This document shows positions 1 through 10,451 of a stretch of DNA of 64,000 bases, piece after piece. Source of the stretch: an uncultured Veillonellaceae bacterium (GTDB taxonomy: Bacteria; Bacillota; Negativicutes; JARBTT01); the NCBI GenBank assembly GCA_963805085.1, contig CAWDTA010000001.1, positions 226,805 to 290,804 of the forward strand, in the 5' to 3' direction. Every line of letters begins with the position of its first letter. The stretch's first letter is position 1. The position numbers and the translations under genes are program-made. A model generated the notes under the pieces. It was not told the origin of the DNA. It did no database searches and worked only from the letters and a program-made list of their open reading frames with translations.

Positions 1-156
1 TTGTCTATTGAGGGATTAAAGAAATGTGTATCAAAAGTAAATTGTGAAGATATGTGTTATGCTTGCTTCAACAGTGCCTATCCTGGTGATATGCCAGTTG
101 AAATGGGCGATTGTGCCGATAAATATATATTCGAACAAAGAATGGCGAAAAATTAA
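1..156 (+). CDS. purF: 3' end of amidophosphoribosyltransferase (PurF), truncated by the window edge
   Basis: Frame +1 reads LSIEGLKKCVSKVNCEDMCYACFNSAYPGDMPVEMGDCADKYIFEQRMAKN*. The Cys-rich ...CxACFxxxYP tail is typical of the PurF C-terminus, and the fragment sits directly upstream of purM-purN-purH-purD. Confidence 0.7.
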   Translation: MSIEGLKKCVSKVNCEDMCYACFNSAYPGDMPVEMGDCADKYIFEQRMAKN

Positions 157-175
157 ACGAAATTTATAATTCACT

Positions 176-210
176 ACATTATCCATAACAAAATTTGTTA
201 TGGATAATGT
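176..210. repeat. Perfect 14-bp inverted repeat (hairpin) in the purF-purM spacer
   Basis: ACATTATCCATAAC (176-189), 7 nt, GTTATGGATAATGT (197-210). No U-tract follows, so it is not a canonical terminator. Confidence 0.8.
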
Positions 211-246
211 AGTTATTACAAAAATTTGCTAAAATGGAGGATTTTG

Positions 247-1314
247 ATGACTACAGAAAATAAATCTCAACAACTTACTTACCGTGATGCGGGTGTTGAT
301 ATTGACGCTGGTAACTATTCCGTTCAACTAATCAAAGAAAGTGTAAAATCAACATATCGCCCAGAAGTATTAGGCGATCTTGGTGGATTTGGTGGCTTAT
401 TTGCCCTAAACAGCGGCAAATATAAAGAACCGGTATTGGTATCTGGTACAGATGGTGTTGGTACCAAACTTCGTTTAGCATTTATGCTTGATAAACATGA
501 TACAATCGGACAAGATGCGGTTGCAATGTGTGTCAATGATATATTGGTACAAGGTGCAGAACCTTTGTATTTCTTAGACTACTTAGCAGTAGGCAAATTA
601 GAGCCAGAAAAAGTAGCAGCAATCGTTAAAGGTGTTGCTGGGGCATGTAAAGAATCTGGTTGTGCTTTAATCGGTGGTGAAACTGCTGAGATGGCAGGCT
701 TTTATCCAGATGGCGAATACGATATTGCCGGTTTTGCTGTTGGTATCGTGGATAAAGCAAATATCATCACAGGTGAGCATATCAAAGCTGGTGACGTTTT
801 AATTGGGTTACCTTCAAGTGGGGTGCATTCCAATGGGTATTCTTTGGTTCGTAAAATCTGCTTTGATCTTAAAGGCTTCAAAGGGGATGAATACATCGAA
901 GAACTAGGTAAAACAATCGGTGATGAATTATTGACACCAACTCGTCTTTACCCTAAAGTTTGTATGCCATTAACAGAAAACTTCAAAATAAATGGTATGG
1001 TTCATATCACTGGTGGCGGATTCTATGACAATATTCCGCGCGTTTTACCAGAAGACTGTGGTGTAGAAGTGGATTCGGCTGCTTGGGAAAGACCAGCAAT
1101 TTTCAACTTGCTAAAAGAGTGGGGCAATGTTGCTTGGCCAGAAATGTATCGTACCTTTAATATGGGTATTGGTATGGTGCTAGTTGTTTCTGCTGACGAA
1201 GTAGATAAAATTCAAGCACATTTAGCTGAGAGCAATGAAAAATCCTATATTATTGGTAAAGTCGTAGCAGGAAGCCAAGAAGTTGTGATCAAAGGTGGAG
1301 TATTTAATGACTAA
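247..1314 (+). CDS. purM: Phosphoribosylformylglycinamidine cyclo-ligase (AIR synthetase)
   Basis: The ORF track starts at TTG 226. I prefer ATG 247, which is preceded by GGAGG (236-240). Motifs YRDAGVDIDAGN and GDLGGFGGLF are typical of PurM, and the gene lies in a pur operon. Confidence 0.95.
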   Translation: MTTENKSQQLTYRDAGVDIDAGNYSVQLIKESVKSTYRPEVLGDLGGFGGLFALNSGKYKEPVLVSGTDGVGTKLRLAFMLDKHDTIGQDAVAMCVNDILVQGAEPLYFLDYLAVGKLEPEKVAAIVKGVAGACKESGCALIGGETAEMAGFYPDGEYDIAGFAVGIVDKANIITGEHIKAGDVLIGLPSSGVHSNGYSLVRKICFDLKGFKGDEYIEELGKTIGDELLTPTRLYPKVCMPLTENFKINGMVHITGGGFYDNIPRVLPEDCGVEVDSAAWERPAIFNLLKEWGNVAWPEMYRTFNMGIGMVLVVSADEVDKIQAHLAESNEKSYIIGKVVAGSQEVVIKGGVFND

Positions 1315-1921
1315 TACACGGGTATTAGGCGTAGTGGCTTCCGGTCGTGGTAGTAACTTGCAATCTATTATGGATGCAATTAAAACTGGCCAAATCGTCG
1401 CAGAAATCGGTGTTGTCATCACAGATAAACCCGAAGCAAAAGCTTTGGATCGTGCGCGTGAGGCTGGGATTCCTGCTGTGTGTGTGGATCGTAAAAAATG
1501 TGCCTCAAAAGATGAATTTGAGCAAGCTTTAGTTGCTGAGTTAAATAAATATCATGTGGATTTGGTAATTTTAGCAGGTTTTATGCGTATACTAAGTCCG
1601 TTCTTTGTCCATTCTTTTAAAGATAAGATTATGAATATTCACCCATCCTTATTACCGGCATTTGCTGGTGCACATGCACATCGTGATGTACTTGCCTATG
1701 GTGCAAAAGTATCCGGCTGTACGATTCATTTTGTGGATGAAGGTATGGATAGTGGACCGATTATTCTGCAAGAATCTGTATCGGTACTAGATGATGATAC
1801 AGAAGACACGTTAGCGGCTCGTGTCCTTAAAATCGAACATGTGCTATATCCAAGAGCCATCGCTCTTTACTTAGACGGGAAACTAGACGTACAGGGTCGG
1901 CATGTAATAATCAAAAAATAA
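1307..1921 (+). CDS. purN: Phosphoribosylglycinamide formyltransferase
   Basis: ATG 1307 follows GGTGGAG and overlaps the purM stop by 8 nt. Motifs ASGRGSNLQ and NIHPSLLPAF are typical of PurN. Confidence 0.93.
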   Translation: MTNTRVLGVVASGRGSNLQSIMDAIKTGQIVAEIGVVITDKPEAKALDRAREAGIPAVCVDRKKCASKDEFEQALVAELNKYHVDLVILAGFMRILSPFFVHSFKDKIMNIHPSLLPAFAGAHAHRDVLAYGAKVSGCTIHFVDEGMDSGPIILQESVSVLDDDTEDTLAARVLKIEHVLYPRAIALYLDGKLDVQGRHVIIKK

Positions 1922-1942
1922 TTCATAGGTGGTTATGTGATA

Positions 1943-3481
1943 ATGAAAATCAAACGCGCGCTGATTAGCGTATCTGATAAAACTGGTGTAGTAGAATTTG
2001 CCCAAAAACTTCATGCAGCTGGTGTAGATATTATTTCTACTGGTGGTACAATGAAAACTTTACGGGCTGCAGGGATTCCTGTTACTTACGTGAGTGATGT
2101 AACTGGTTTTCCAGAAATCATGGATGGTCGTGTAAAAACATTAAATCCATATATTCATGGTGGCATTCTTGCAATTCGTGACAATGCACAGCATGTTGCG
2201 GCGATGAAAGAACATAATATCACAGGGATTGATATGGTTGTCGTTAACTTATACCCATTCCGTCAAACAATTGCAAACCCTGATGTTAAACAAGAAGATG
2301 CAATTGAAAACATCGATATTGGTGGCCCTGCAATGATTCGTGCGGCTGCTAAAAACTTTAATTACGTAGCAGTTGTAGTAAATCCAGAACGTTATGACGA
2401 AATTGCCACTGCACTTGCAAGTGCAGACGGTATCAGCAGTCCATTACGTATGTCTCTTGCCAAAGAAGCTTTCTGTCATACCGCTGAATATGATGCATGC
2501 ATCAACCAATACTTAGCAAAACAATTGGGTGAAGGACAGTTCCCTAACCAAGCACATATCGTTTTAGAAAAAGTCCAAGATCTACGTTATGGTGAAAATC
2601 CTCATCAAAATGCAGCGTTCTACCGTGAAGTGAATACAAACACTGGTGTGGCAAATGCAAAACAACTACATGGTAAAGAGCTTTCCTTCAACAACATCGT
2701 TGATATCGAAGCCGCTTATAATATTGTCGCTGAATTTGAACAACCAGCTGTTGCAATTATCAAACATACCAATCCATGTGGTACTGGTATTGGTGCTGCA
2801 ATTTCTGAAGCTTACCAAAAAGCGTATGAAGCTGATCCAGTTTCTGCTTTCGGTGGCATTGTGGCATTGAATCGCACTGTCGATCAAAAAGCTGCTGAAC
2901 AAATGAGCAAATTGTTTATTGAAGTTGTGATTGCACCTGCATTTGACGAAGATGCATTAGCAATTTTAAGTGCGAAGAAAAATATCAGACTATTAACATT
3001 GCCTGTACCTAATCTTGATGAAGCACGTATGGATACGAAAAAAGTATCGGGCGGTATGCTCCTTCAAAATGCGGATACGACGGATACAAAAACAAGTGAC
3101 ATGAAAGTTGCAACAAAACGTCAACCAACGGAAGAAGAATGGAAGCAAATGATTTTTGCCTGGAAAGTTGTAAAACATGTAAAATCTAATGCAATTGTGA
3201 TTGCTGGCAATGACCAAACGTATGGTGTTGGGGCAGGACAGATGAATCGCGTTGGTTCGGCGGCAATTGCGCTTGAACAAGCCGGTGAAAAATCTAAGGG
3301 TGCAGTACTTTCCTCTGATGCATACTTACCATTTAGAGATACTGTAGATACCGCAGCAAAAGCTGGTATTACGGCAATCATTCAACCTGGTGGCTCGATT
3401 CGTGATCAAGAATCGATTGATGCTGCGAATGAACATGGCATTACGATGGTATTTACTGATATGAGACATTTTAAACATTAA
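1943..3481 (+). CDS. purH: Bifunctional AICAR transformylase / IMP cyclohydrolase
   Basis: ATG 1943 lies 10 nt after AGGTGG; the ORF-track start is GTG 1937. The N-terminus MKIKRALISVSDKTG and the full length of about 512 aa fit PurH. Confidence 0.95.
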   Translation: MKIKRALISVSDKTGVVEFAQKLHAAGVDIISTGGTMKTLRAAGIPVTYVSDVTGFPEIMDGRVKTLNPYIHGGILAIRDNAQHVAAMKEHNITGIDMVVVNLYPFRQTIANPDVKQEDAIENIDIGGPAMIRAAAKNFNYVAVVVNPERYDEIATALASADGISSPLRMSLAKEAFCHTAEYDACINQYLAKQLGEGQFPNQAHIVLEKVQDLRYGENPHQNAAFYREVNTNTGVANAKQLHGKELSFNNIVDIEAAYNIVAEFEQPAVAIIKHTNPCGTGIGAAISEAYQKAYEADPVSAFGGIVALNRTVDQKAAEQMSKLFIEVVIAPAFDEDALAILSAKKNIRLLTLPVPNLDEARMDTKKVSGGMLLQNADTTDTKTSDMKVATKRQPTEEEWKQMIFAWKVVKHVKSNAIVIAGNDQTYGVGAGQMNRVGSAAIALEQAGEKSKGAVLSSDAYLPFRDTVDTAAKAGITAIIQPGGSIRDQESIDAANEHGITMVFTDMRHFKH

Positions 3482-3512
3482 GTTTTATTGAAGGTAAAAT
3501 AGTAGTCATTTA

Positions 3513-3569
3513 GAATTAAGACGCACTTATTTCCATACTTAAATTTGGAGTTTTGGTGCGTCTTAATTC
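3513..3569. repeat. Perfect 14-bp inverted repeat in the purH-purD spacer
   Basis: GAATTAAGACGCAC (3513-3526), 29 nt, GTGCGTCTTAATTC (3556-3569). No U-tract follows. The purD SD GAAGGAG lies just downstream. Confidence 0.75.
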
Positions 3570-3593
3570 ATCTATAGAAGGAGTGAAGTTAAC

Positions 3594-4871
3594 GTGCGTA
3601 TTCTAGTGATTGGTGGCGGTGGCCGTGAACACACCTTAGCTTGGAAGCTGTCACAAAGCAAAAATGTAGAGAAAATGTATGCGATTCCAGGAAATCCTGG
3701 GATGGAAAAAATCGCTGAATGCGATAGTGCGATTAGCATTTCTGATAATGATGCACTTGTTGCTTTTGCAAAAGCGCATAAAATAGATTTAACGGTAGTT
3801 GGGCCGGAGCTTCCACTAGCAAATGGCGTTGTCGATGCATTTGAAGCTGCTGGCTTAAAAGCCTTTGGACCAAGTAAAGTTGCCGCTGAAATTGAAGGTT
3901 CCAAAGCGTTTTCAAAATGGTTGATGAAAAAATACGATATTCCTACCGCCAAATTTGAAGTATTTACAGATGCCGAAGCGGCGCGTGCCTATGTAAATGA
4001 ACAAGGTGCACCAATCGTCATCAAAGCAGATGGACTCGCTGCGGGTAAAGGCGTTATCGTGGCAACCACACTGAAACAAGCAATTGAAGCTGTTGACAGT
4101 ATCATGTGCGACCAAGCTTTTGGCGAAGCTGGCAGTCGTGTGGTTATTGAAGAATGTTTAATTGGTGAAGAAGCATCTTTACTTACGTTCACAGATGGTG
4201 AAACCATTGTACCGATGATTTCTTCGCAAGATCATAAACGGGCCTACGATAACGATGAAGGCCCTAACACTGGTGGTATGGGGACTTATGCGCCGGCACC
4301 AGTAGCAACAAAAGAAATACTGGCACAAGTGCAAAAAGAAATCTTAGAACCAACGATTCAAGCGATGGTTACAGAAGGTCGTAAATACGTTGGCTGTTTA
4401 TATGTTGGGCTTATGATGACAGCAGATGGCCCTAAAGTAATTGAGTACAATGCGCGTTTTGGTGATCCTGAAACACAAGTTGTATTGCCTTTGCTCGACG
4501 GTGATTTGGCTGAAATTATGCTTGCTTGTATTGACGGTGAGCTTGCAGATACAAAGGTAAGTTGGAAAGATGAAGCGGCAGTATGCGTGGTTATGGCAGC
4601 TGGCGGTTATCCGGCAAGTTATCAAAAAGGTGATGTGATCAGCGGAATTGATGCGGCCGAAGCAGACGGTGCCGTTGTATTTCACGCTGGTACAGCAAAA
4701 ACTGATGCCGGTATAGTAACAAATGGTGGTCGTGTTATCGGTGTTACAGCAACCGCTAGTAGTATTAAACAAGCGGTTGACAATGCCTATGCAGCAGTTG
4801 CTAAAATAAGCTTTAAGGACAATCATTTCCGCAAAGATATTGCATATCGTGCAATTGCAAGATTGAAATAA
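3594..4871 (+). CDS. purD: Phosphoribosylamine-glycine ligase
   Basis: GTG start after GAAGGAG. The N-terminus MRILVIGGGGREH, an ATP-grasp body and a length of 425 aa fit PurD. Confidence 0.95.
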   Translation: MRILVIGGGGREHTLAWKLSQSKNVEKMYAIPGNPGMEKIAECDSAISISDNDALVAFAKAHKIDLTVVGPELPLANGVVDAFEAAGLKAFGPSKVAAEIEGSKAFSKWLMKKYDIPTAKFEVFTDAEAARAYVNEQGAPIVIKADGLAAGKGVIVATTLKQAIEAVDSIMCDQAFGEAGSRVVIEECLIGEEASLLTFTDGETIVPMISSQDHKRAYDNDEGPNTGGMGTYAPAPVATKEILAQVQKEILEPTIQAMVTEGRKYVGCLYVGLMMTADGPKVIEYNARFGDPETQVVLPLLDGDLAEIMLACIDGELADTKVSWKDEAAVCVVMAAGGYPASYQKGDVISGIDAAEADGAVVFHAGTAKTDAGIVTNGGRVIGVTATASSIKQAVDNAYAAVAKISFKDNHFRKDIAYRAIARLK

Positions 4872-4879
4872 AATAGAAA

Positions 4880-4927
4880 AGAATCACGGAGAAGTTTGTT
4901 TTAATCAACTTTTTGTGGTTCTTTTTT
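4880..4927 (+). terminator. Probable intrinsic terminator after purD
   Basis: AGAATCAC ... GTGGTTCT stem with one G-U pair, followed by TTTTTTG. The loop is large (about 27 nt). Confidence 0.5.
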
Positions 4928-5005
4928 GTATCTATTTTAAAGGTAAATAATAACTTTTTGACGAATTAAGATAAAAGATCATCTAGTATGATTGAGGAGT
5001 AGGCT

Positions 5006-5518
5006 ATGGAACTATCAATTATTGTAATCAATATGGTGATATTACTGATTCTATTTAGTGGTTTGGGGATGACCTTGGTAGGATTACCAGGGAATATTGT
5101 TATCTTTTGTACAACCCTTGCCTATGCTTTTTATGATAAGTTTGTCCATATTGGAATCCGAGAGTTGACTTTTGTTTTAGGGGCAATTCTTATCGGGGAA
5201 TTGTTTGAAACCCTAACGGCGGCGATCTGGGCGAAAAAGGAGAAAGCATCGAAACTAGCGATTTGCGTTGCAGTCATTGGCTCTATTGTAGGCGCTGTCC
5301 TTGGTACGATAATCGTGCCCATCATCGGTTCAATTATTGGGGCGTTAGTGGGTGGCTTTGTTAGTAGCTATATAGCAGAATATCGGACGACGCGTAATTT
5401 TGAGCAGGCTTGGCGTGTGGCATTAGGTGTCATGAAAGGGCAGCTTCTCGGCATTGTAATTAAGTTTTCAGTTGCGATGGCAACCATTATGTATGTACTC
5501 ATTCAAATGCCATGGTAA
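5006..5518 (+). CDS. Small integral membrane protein, DUF456-like
   Basis: 170 aa, with four to five hydrophobic helices and Gly-rich IIGSIIGALVGG segments. SD is GAGGAG. Confidence 0.6.
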   Translation: MELSIIVINMVILLILFSGLGMTLVGLPGNIVIFCTTLAYAFYDKFVHIGIRELTFVLGAILIGELFETLTAAIWAKKEKASKLAICVAVIGSIVGAVLGTIIVPIIGSIIGALVGGFVSSYIAEYRTTRNFEQAWRVALGVMKGQLLGIVIKFSVAMATIMYVLIQMPW

Positions 5519-5639
5519 TTATATCCTCATTTCGTAAAAATTATAGTATAATGGGATAAGGATAGAGATTATCGTATATATTACTTTTAGAAACTGATCT
5601 ATGAATAAAAAAACATTAACATATTAGAGGAGGACCACA

Positions 5640-8564
5640 ATGTCTTTAGAAATTGGTCAAATGTATCACGGTTTTAAATTAGTTGAAACAAAAAAAGTCA
5701 AAGAAATAAATTCTGTAGTCAATATGTTTTACCATGAAAAAAGTGGCGCGCGTTTGTTATTTATGGAAAATGATGATGATAATAAAGTGTTTTCCATTAC
5801 CTTTCGGACGCCGCCTACCGATAGTACTGGTGTAGCACATATTGTGGAGCATTCTGTATTATGTGGTTCCAGAAAGTTCCCAATGCGTGAACCTTTTGTT
5901 GAACTGGTCAAGGGTTCATTGAATACGTACTTAAATGCGATGACATTTTCCGATAAAACGATGTATCCAGTTGCCAGTCGCAACGATAAAGATTTTCAAA
6001 ATCTAATGGATGTTTATCTTGATGCAGTATTTTATCCATGTATGTATGAATGTCCAGAAATATTAATGCAAGAAGGTTGGCACTACGAAGCAGAAAATAC
6101 AAGTGATGAATTGAAATATAAAGGCGTAGTTTACAATGAAATGAAAGGTGCATTTTCCTCACCAGAGGCGATATTGGATAAAGAAATCGTAGCTTCTTTA
6201 TTTCCTGATACTACGTATGGTTTTGAGTCTGGTGGTGATCCAGAAGTTATTCCAGAATTGACACAAAAAATGTTCTTAGATTTCCATAAAAAATACTACC
6301 ATCCCGCTAACAGCTATATTTACTTATATGGTGATATGGATATTTTAGAAAAACTGTCCTTTTTAAATGACGAGTATTTGAATGCTTTTGATAAGATTGC
6401 AGTAGATTCTAGTATCGAAAAACAAGCCTTATTTAACGAACAAAAAGATGTAACAGAAGTTTATCCAATTTCGCCCAATGAACAGGCAGAGGACAAAACC
6501 TTTTTAAGCTGGAACTGCATTGTGGGAAAAGTAGAGGAAGCTGAAGTGATGCTCGCAATGCAAATTTTAGAGCACTTCTTACTTCGTACGCAAGCTGCAC
6601 CACTGAAAAAAGCATTGGTTGATGCGGGAATTGGTAAAGATGTTTTAAGTTCATTTGGTGATGGGGTTTTACAACCGACCTTTAGTATTATTGCTACTGG
6701 CGCCAATGAAGTAAGCAAAGAAAAATTTGCGCGGGTAATTCGTGAAACGCTGCAACAGCTCGTAACAGAAGGTATTGATAAAAAGTTAATTGAAGCATCG
6801 ATTAATTTATTAGAATTTAGGTTGCGTGAAGCGGATTTTGGTCAAAGTCCAAAAGGGTTAATCTATAATATCAAATTGCTGCATAGTTGGTTATATGATG
6901 AAAGTCCAATGCTGTATTTAGAATATGAAGAAGCTTTAAATAATGTAAAATCAGCGTTGACTACCAACTATTTTGAAAAAATCATTCAAGAGCGCTTGCT
7001 CAATAATAAGCACGTAACCTTGGTAACATTAAAACCACAACAAGGGTTAGCGGAAGAAAAGGCAAAAGAAGTTCGTAAGTATTTAGCTGATTACAAAGCG
7101 AAATTATCCAAAGAACAGATGGAAGAGCTGGTAGAGATGACGAAAAAATTAAAAATACGTCAAGAGACACCAGATTCTCCTGAAGTGTTGGCAACGATTC
7201 CGCTATTGGAATTAGAAGATATTGAAAAGAAATCCGAAAAATTGATTTTAATTGAAAAACAAATCAATGATACAAAAGTATTATTTCATCCAATCGTAAC
7301 CAATCAGATTGCTTATTTAAACATCTATTTTGACGCTGGTACGGTGCCGCAAGCTTTGTTGCCATATGCATATTTATTGGCTGAGTTACTGGGAAAAGTA
7401 GCTACAGACAAATATGAGTATAGTGAACTTGCCAATGAAATTAATATTAGCACAGGTGGAATTGGTTGTGATGTTATTGCTTATACAGAAAGTGATAGCG
7501 CCGAAGAGTATTATCCTAAATTTAAAATAAAATCAAAAGCACTTGTTAGTAAATTGCCAGAACTTTGTGGCCTGATTGCTGAAATAATTCGTACAAGTAA
7601 ATTCGATGACAAGAAACGTATCAAAGAATTGATTGAACAAATAAAATCTTCACTCGAAATGTATTTGCTTCGCAATGCCCAACAAGTGGTTGCTAGTCGG
7701 GTATTATCTTATTTTTCCCCAGCGGGAAAATACAATGAACAAGGTCTACTTTCCTTCTATGAATTTGTAGCTGAACTAGATAAAAACTTTGAAACTAGAT
7801 TTGTTGAACTAGGAGAAAAATTTGCGCAATTAGGCATTCTGCTGTTCAATAAACATAATTTGATGGTGAGTATTACGTTAGAGGAAGAAAACTATGGAAA
7901 TTTTGAGTCGGCATTCACTGAAGTTTTAAATGTTCTTACGACGAATAAGGCGCCAAAACAAAGTTATGAATTTGAAGTGAAAAAATTAAATGAAGGTTTA
8001 ATGACTTCTAGTAAGATTCAATATGTTGCAAAAGGTGCGAATTTTACTAAACTTGGCTTTAAATTTAATGGTAGTTTAAAAGTGCTTGAAACGATTTTAC
8101 GTTATGATTACATGTGGAATAAGATTCGTGTGCAAGGTGGCGCATATGGCGCTTTTACACAGTTTAGACGCAATGGGAATATGGTGTTTGGCTCATATCG
8201 TGATCCGAATCTAGTGGAAACGATTGATGTTTATGATCATACTGCGGAATATTTGCGTAGTTTTGAGGTAAGTGAACGCGAAATGACGAAATACATTATT
8301 GGTACGATGAGTACATTAGATACGCCACTTACCGCACAGATGAAGGGTGAGGTCGCGGCTGATTGTTATATTCGTCATATTACTGAGCAAGATATTCAAG
8401 AAGAACGTGATCAAATTTTAGCGACCCAGCAAGAAAATATCGTAGTGTTGGCAAACTTAATCGATGCCAGCATGAAAGAAAATTATCTTTGCGTGCTTGG
8501 TAATGAAGAAAAAATTAAAGATCATAAAGAAATCTTCAGTGAATTGAAAAATGTATTTGCTTAA
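5640..8564 (+). CDS. Insulinase-family zinc metallopeptidase (M16C, PreP-like)
   Basis: 974 aa. The inverted zinc motif HxxEH is seen as HIVEHSV near the N-terminus. SD is AGAGGAGG. Confidence 0.85.
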   Translation: MSLEIGQMYHGFKLVETKKVKEINSVVNMFYHEKSGARLLFMENDDDNKVFSITFRTPPTDSTGVAHIVEHSVLCGSRKFPMREPFVELVKGSLNTYLNAMTFSDKTMYPVASRNDKDFQNLMDVYLDAVFYPCMYECPEILMQEGWHYEAENTSDELKYKGVVYNEMKGAFSSPEAILDKEIVASLFPDTTYGFESGGDPEVIPELTQKMFLDFHKKYYHPANSYIYLYGDMDILEKLSFLNDEYLNAFDKIAVDSSIEKQALFNEQKDVTEVYPISPNEQAEDKTFLSWNCIVGKVEEAEVMLAMQILEHFLLRTQAAPLKKALVDAGIGKDVLSSFGDGVLQPTFSIIATGANEVSKEKFARVIRETLQQLVTEGIDKKLIEASINLLEFRLREADFGQSPKGLIYNIKLLHSWLYDESPMLYLEYEEALNNVKSALTTNYFEKIIQERLLNNKHVTLVTLKPQQGLAEEKAKEVRKYLADYKAKLSKEQMEELVEMTKKLKIRQETPDSPEVLATIPLLELEDIEKKSEKLILIEKQINDTKVLFHPIVTNQIAYLNIYFDAGTVPQALLPYAYLLAELLGKVATDKYEYSELANEINISTGGIGCDVIAYTESDSAEEYYPKFKIKSKALVSKLPELCGLIAEIIRTSKFDDKKRIKELIEQIKSSLEMYLLRNAQQVVASRVLSYFSPAGKYNEQGLLSFYEFVAELDKNFETRFVELGEKFAQLGILLFNKHNLMVSITLEEENYGNFESAFTEVLNVLTTNKAPKQSYEFEVKKLNEGLMTSSKIQYVAKGANFTKLGFKFNGSLKVLETILRYDYMWNKIRVQGGAYGAFTQFRRNGNMVFGSYRDPNLVETIDVYDHTAEYLRSFEVSEREMTKYIIGTMSTLDTPLTAQMKGEVAADCYIRHITEQDIQEERDQILATQQENIVVLANLIDASMKENYLCVLGNEEKIKDHKEIFSELKNVFA

Positions 8565-8626
8565 AAATATCATTATGGTGAGAAGAATAGTGAGTTGCTG
8601 ATAGGATAATTTTATTTTCGAATAGG

Positions 8627-8675
8627 AAAATGACTACGAAGTGAAAGTATTTGCTTCGTAGTCATTTTTTCATCC
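8627..8675 (+). terminator. Intrinsic terminator
   Basis: AAAATGACTACGAAG / CTTCGTAGTCATTTT perfect 15-bp stem followed by a T-run. Confidence 0.85.
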
Positions 8676-8761
8676 TAGTTTTTCATTTTGTTAAAACATA
8701 AAAATATAATATTTATAGGATAGAGTGATATAATGTTGCTATTGAGTTTGGAGGAGATTTT

Positions 8762-9724
8762 ATGCTGATTGATTTACACTGTGATACAATATCGGTTTTG
8801 TTAAAGAAAGACAAAGATGGCGAATTGAAAAAAAATAACTTATGTGTTGATATCGAAAAATTAAGGCAAGGCGAATCACTTGCACAATTTTTTGCCTTGT
8901 TCGTTAATAAGGAGAAGGTAGAGAATCCCTTTGAATATGCGATGATCATGCTGGATAAATTTTATCAGGAAGTAGCGGCAAACTCGTCTGAGCTTGCAAT
9001 CGCTCGAAATTATAATGAAATGATGGCAAACCATGCAAAGAGAAAAATATCAGCTTTTTTGACGATTGAAGAGGGCAGTGTCATCAAAGGAAAGTTAGAA
9101 AACTTACGTAATTTCTATCGGTTAGGTGTTAGATTGATGACATTAACTTGGAATTATCCCAATGAAATTGGGTATCCGAATTTTGATTGGAAGTATCAAG
9201 AGCAGGGACTTACTGCGTTTGGTAAAGAAGTCGTTGCTGAGATGAACCGTCTTGGGATGATAATTGATGTATCGCATCTGTCTGATCAAGGCTTTTATGA
9301 GGTTGCTAGCCTTTCACAGCAGCCTTTTATTGCTTCACATTCCAATAGCCGCGCAATCACCAATCATCCGCGCAATTTAACGGATGATATGATTCGAATC
9401 CTTGCTGAAAAGGGTGGCGTACTTGGTTTAAACTTTGCGGCAAGTTTTTTAGGTGATAGTGAAACTAGTAAAATAGAGGACATGATTTGCCATATTAAGC
9501 ACATTTATCAAATTGGTGGAGCCGAAGTACTAGCAATTGGTACTGATTTTGATGGAACAGCGCCAAATCTTGAGATCATGCATGCTGGGCAGATAAATCA
9601 ATTAAGAGTTGCTTTGACAAAGAACGGTTTTACGGCGAGTGAAATAGATAAAATCTGGTATGAAAATAGCGGGCGGGTTATAAAAGAAGTTTGTCATCAA
9701 ATAAATAACATTGACAGTAACTAG
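8762..9724 (+). CDS. Membrane-dipeptidase family protein (peptidase M19)
   Basis: N-terminal IDLHCDT, then DVSHLSD and ASHSNSRA motifs typical of renal-dipeptidase-type M19 enzymes. Confidence 0.85.
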   Translation: MLIDLHCDTISVLLKKDKDGELKKNNLCVDIEKLRQGESLAQFFALFVNKEKVENPFEYAMIMLDKFYQEVAANSSELAIARNYNEMMANHAKRKISAFLTIEEGSVIKGKLENLRNFYRLGVRLMTLTWNYPNEIGYPNFDWKYQEQGLTAFGKEVVAEMNRLGMIIDVSHLSDQGFYEVASLSQQPFIASHSNSRAITNHPRNLTDDMIRILAEKGGVLGLNFAASFLGDSETSKIEDMICHIKHIYQIGGAEVLAIGTDFDGTAPNLEIMHAGQINQLRVALTKNGFTASEIDKIWYENSGRVIKEVCHQINNIDSN

Positions 9725-9772
9725 GGGAGTTTCTATAATTAGAAAGGATACATAATGCAAGGAGTCTTACGA

Positions 9773-10399
9773 ATGAAAAAATTCAGTCAAAGTGCAATAG
9801 ATACCAGTGATCCGCGAAATAAAAGACAGCATATCTTAGACGCGGCCTATATTATATTTTCAAGAAAAGGCTTTCACCGCGCAACCGTGGACGAAATTAT
9901 TGCGTTAGCTGACACAGGAAAAGGTACGGTATATAATTATTTTGTTAATAAAGAACAACTTTTTTATACCTTGATTAAAGAATATAGCAATCCCTTTAAT
10001 AAAAAGATTGAAGAAATTGTTGCCAGTGATTTACTAGCATTAGATAAAATTAGTATTTTAACAAAAGAATTCTTGAGTTTTTATTCTAGAAATGCTGACT
10101 TATGGCGGGTTTTAATACACGAAATGCGTACTTTTGGCGAAGGTGGATATTCTGGATTTAATGAAGAGCAACGGGAAAAGTATAAGAAAGACTTTGAATA
10201 TACAATCGTTTTATTAGAGTCTGTCATTCTACAAGGCGTAGAACAAAAACTCGTTCGGGAGTGTAATACGAAACAAGCGGCATATGGTTTATTTAGCGCT
10301 ATTATTGCAATTGTATTCCAAGGTCTAGTGGAAGCAAACATAGAAAAAACGGCCGATAACATTGCTAATACATTTTTATTTGGGATTGCAACAAAATAA
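9773..10399 (+). CDS. TetR/AcrR family transcriptional regulator
   Basis: ATG 9773 follows AAGGAG; the ORF track starts at 9755. It has an N-terminal HTH (FSRKGFHRATVDEIIALADTGKGTVYNYF). Confidence 0.85.
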   Translation: MKKFSQSAIDTSDPRNKRQHILDAAYIIFSRKGFHRATVDEIIALADTGKGTVYNYFVNKEQLFYTLIKEYSNPFNKKIEEIVASDLLALDKISILTKEFLSFYSRNADLWRVLIHEMRTFGEGGYSGFNEEQREKYKKDFEYTIVLLESVILQGVEQKLVRECNTKQAAYGLFSAIIAIVFQGLVEANIEKTADNIANTFLFGIATK

Positions 10400-10451
10400 T
10401 CAACGAAGGAAATTCAGCTGAAAGTGATGCTTATTAGGAGGAAAAATTTAA

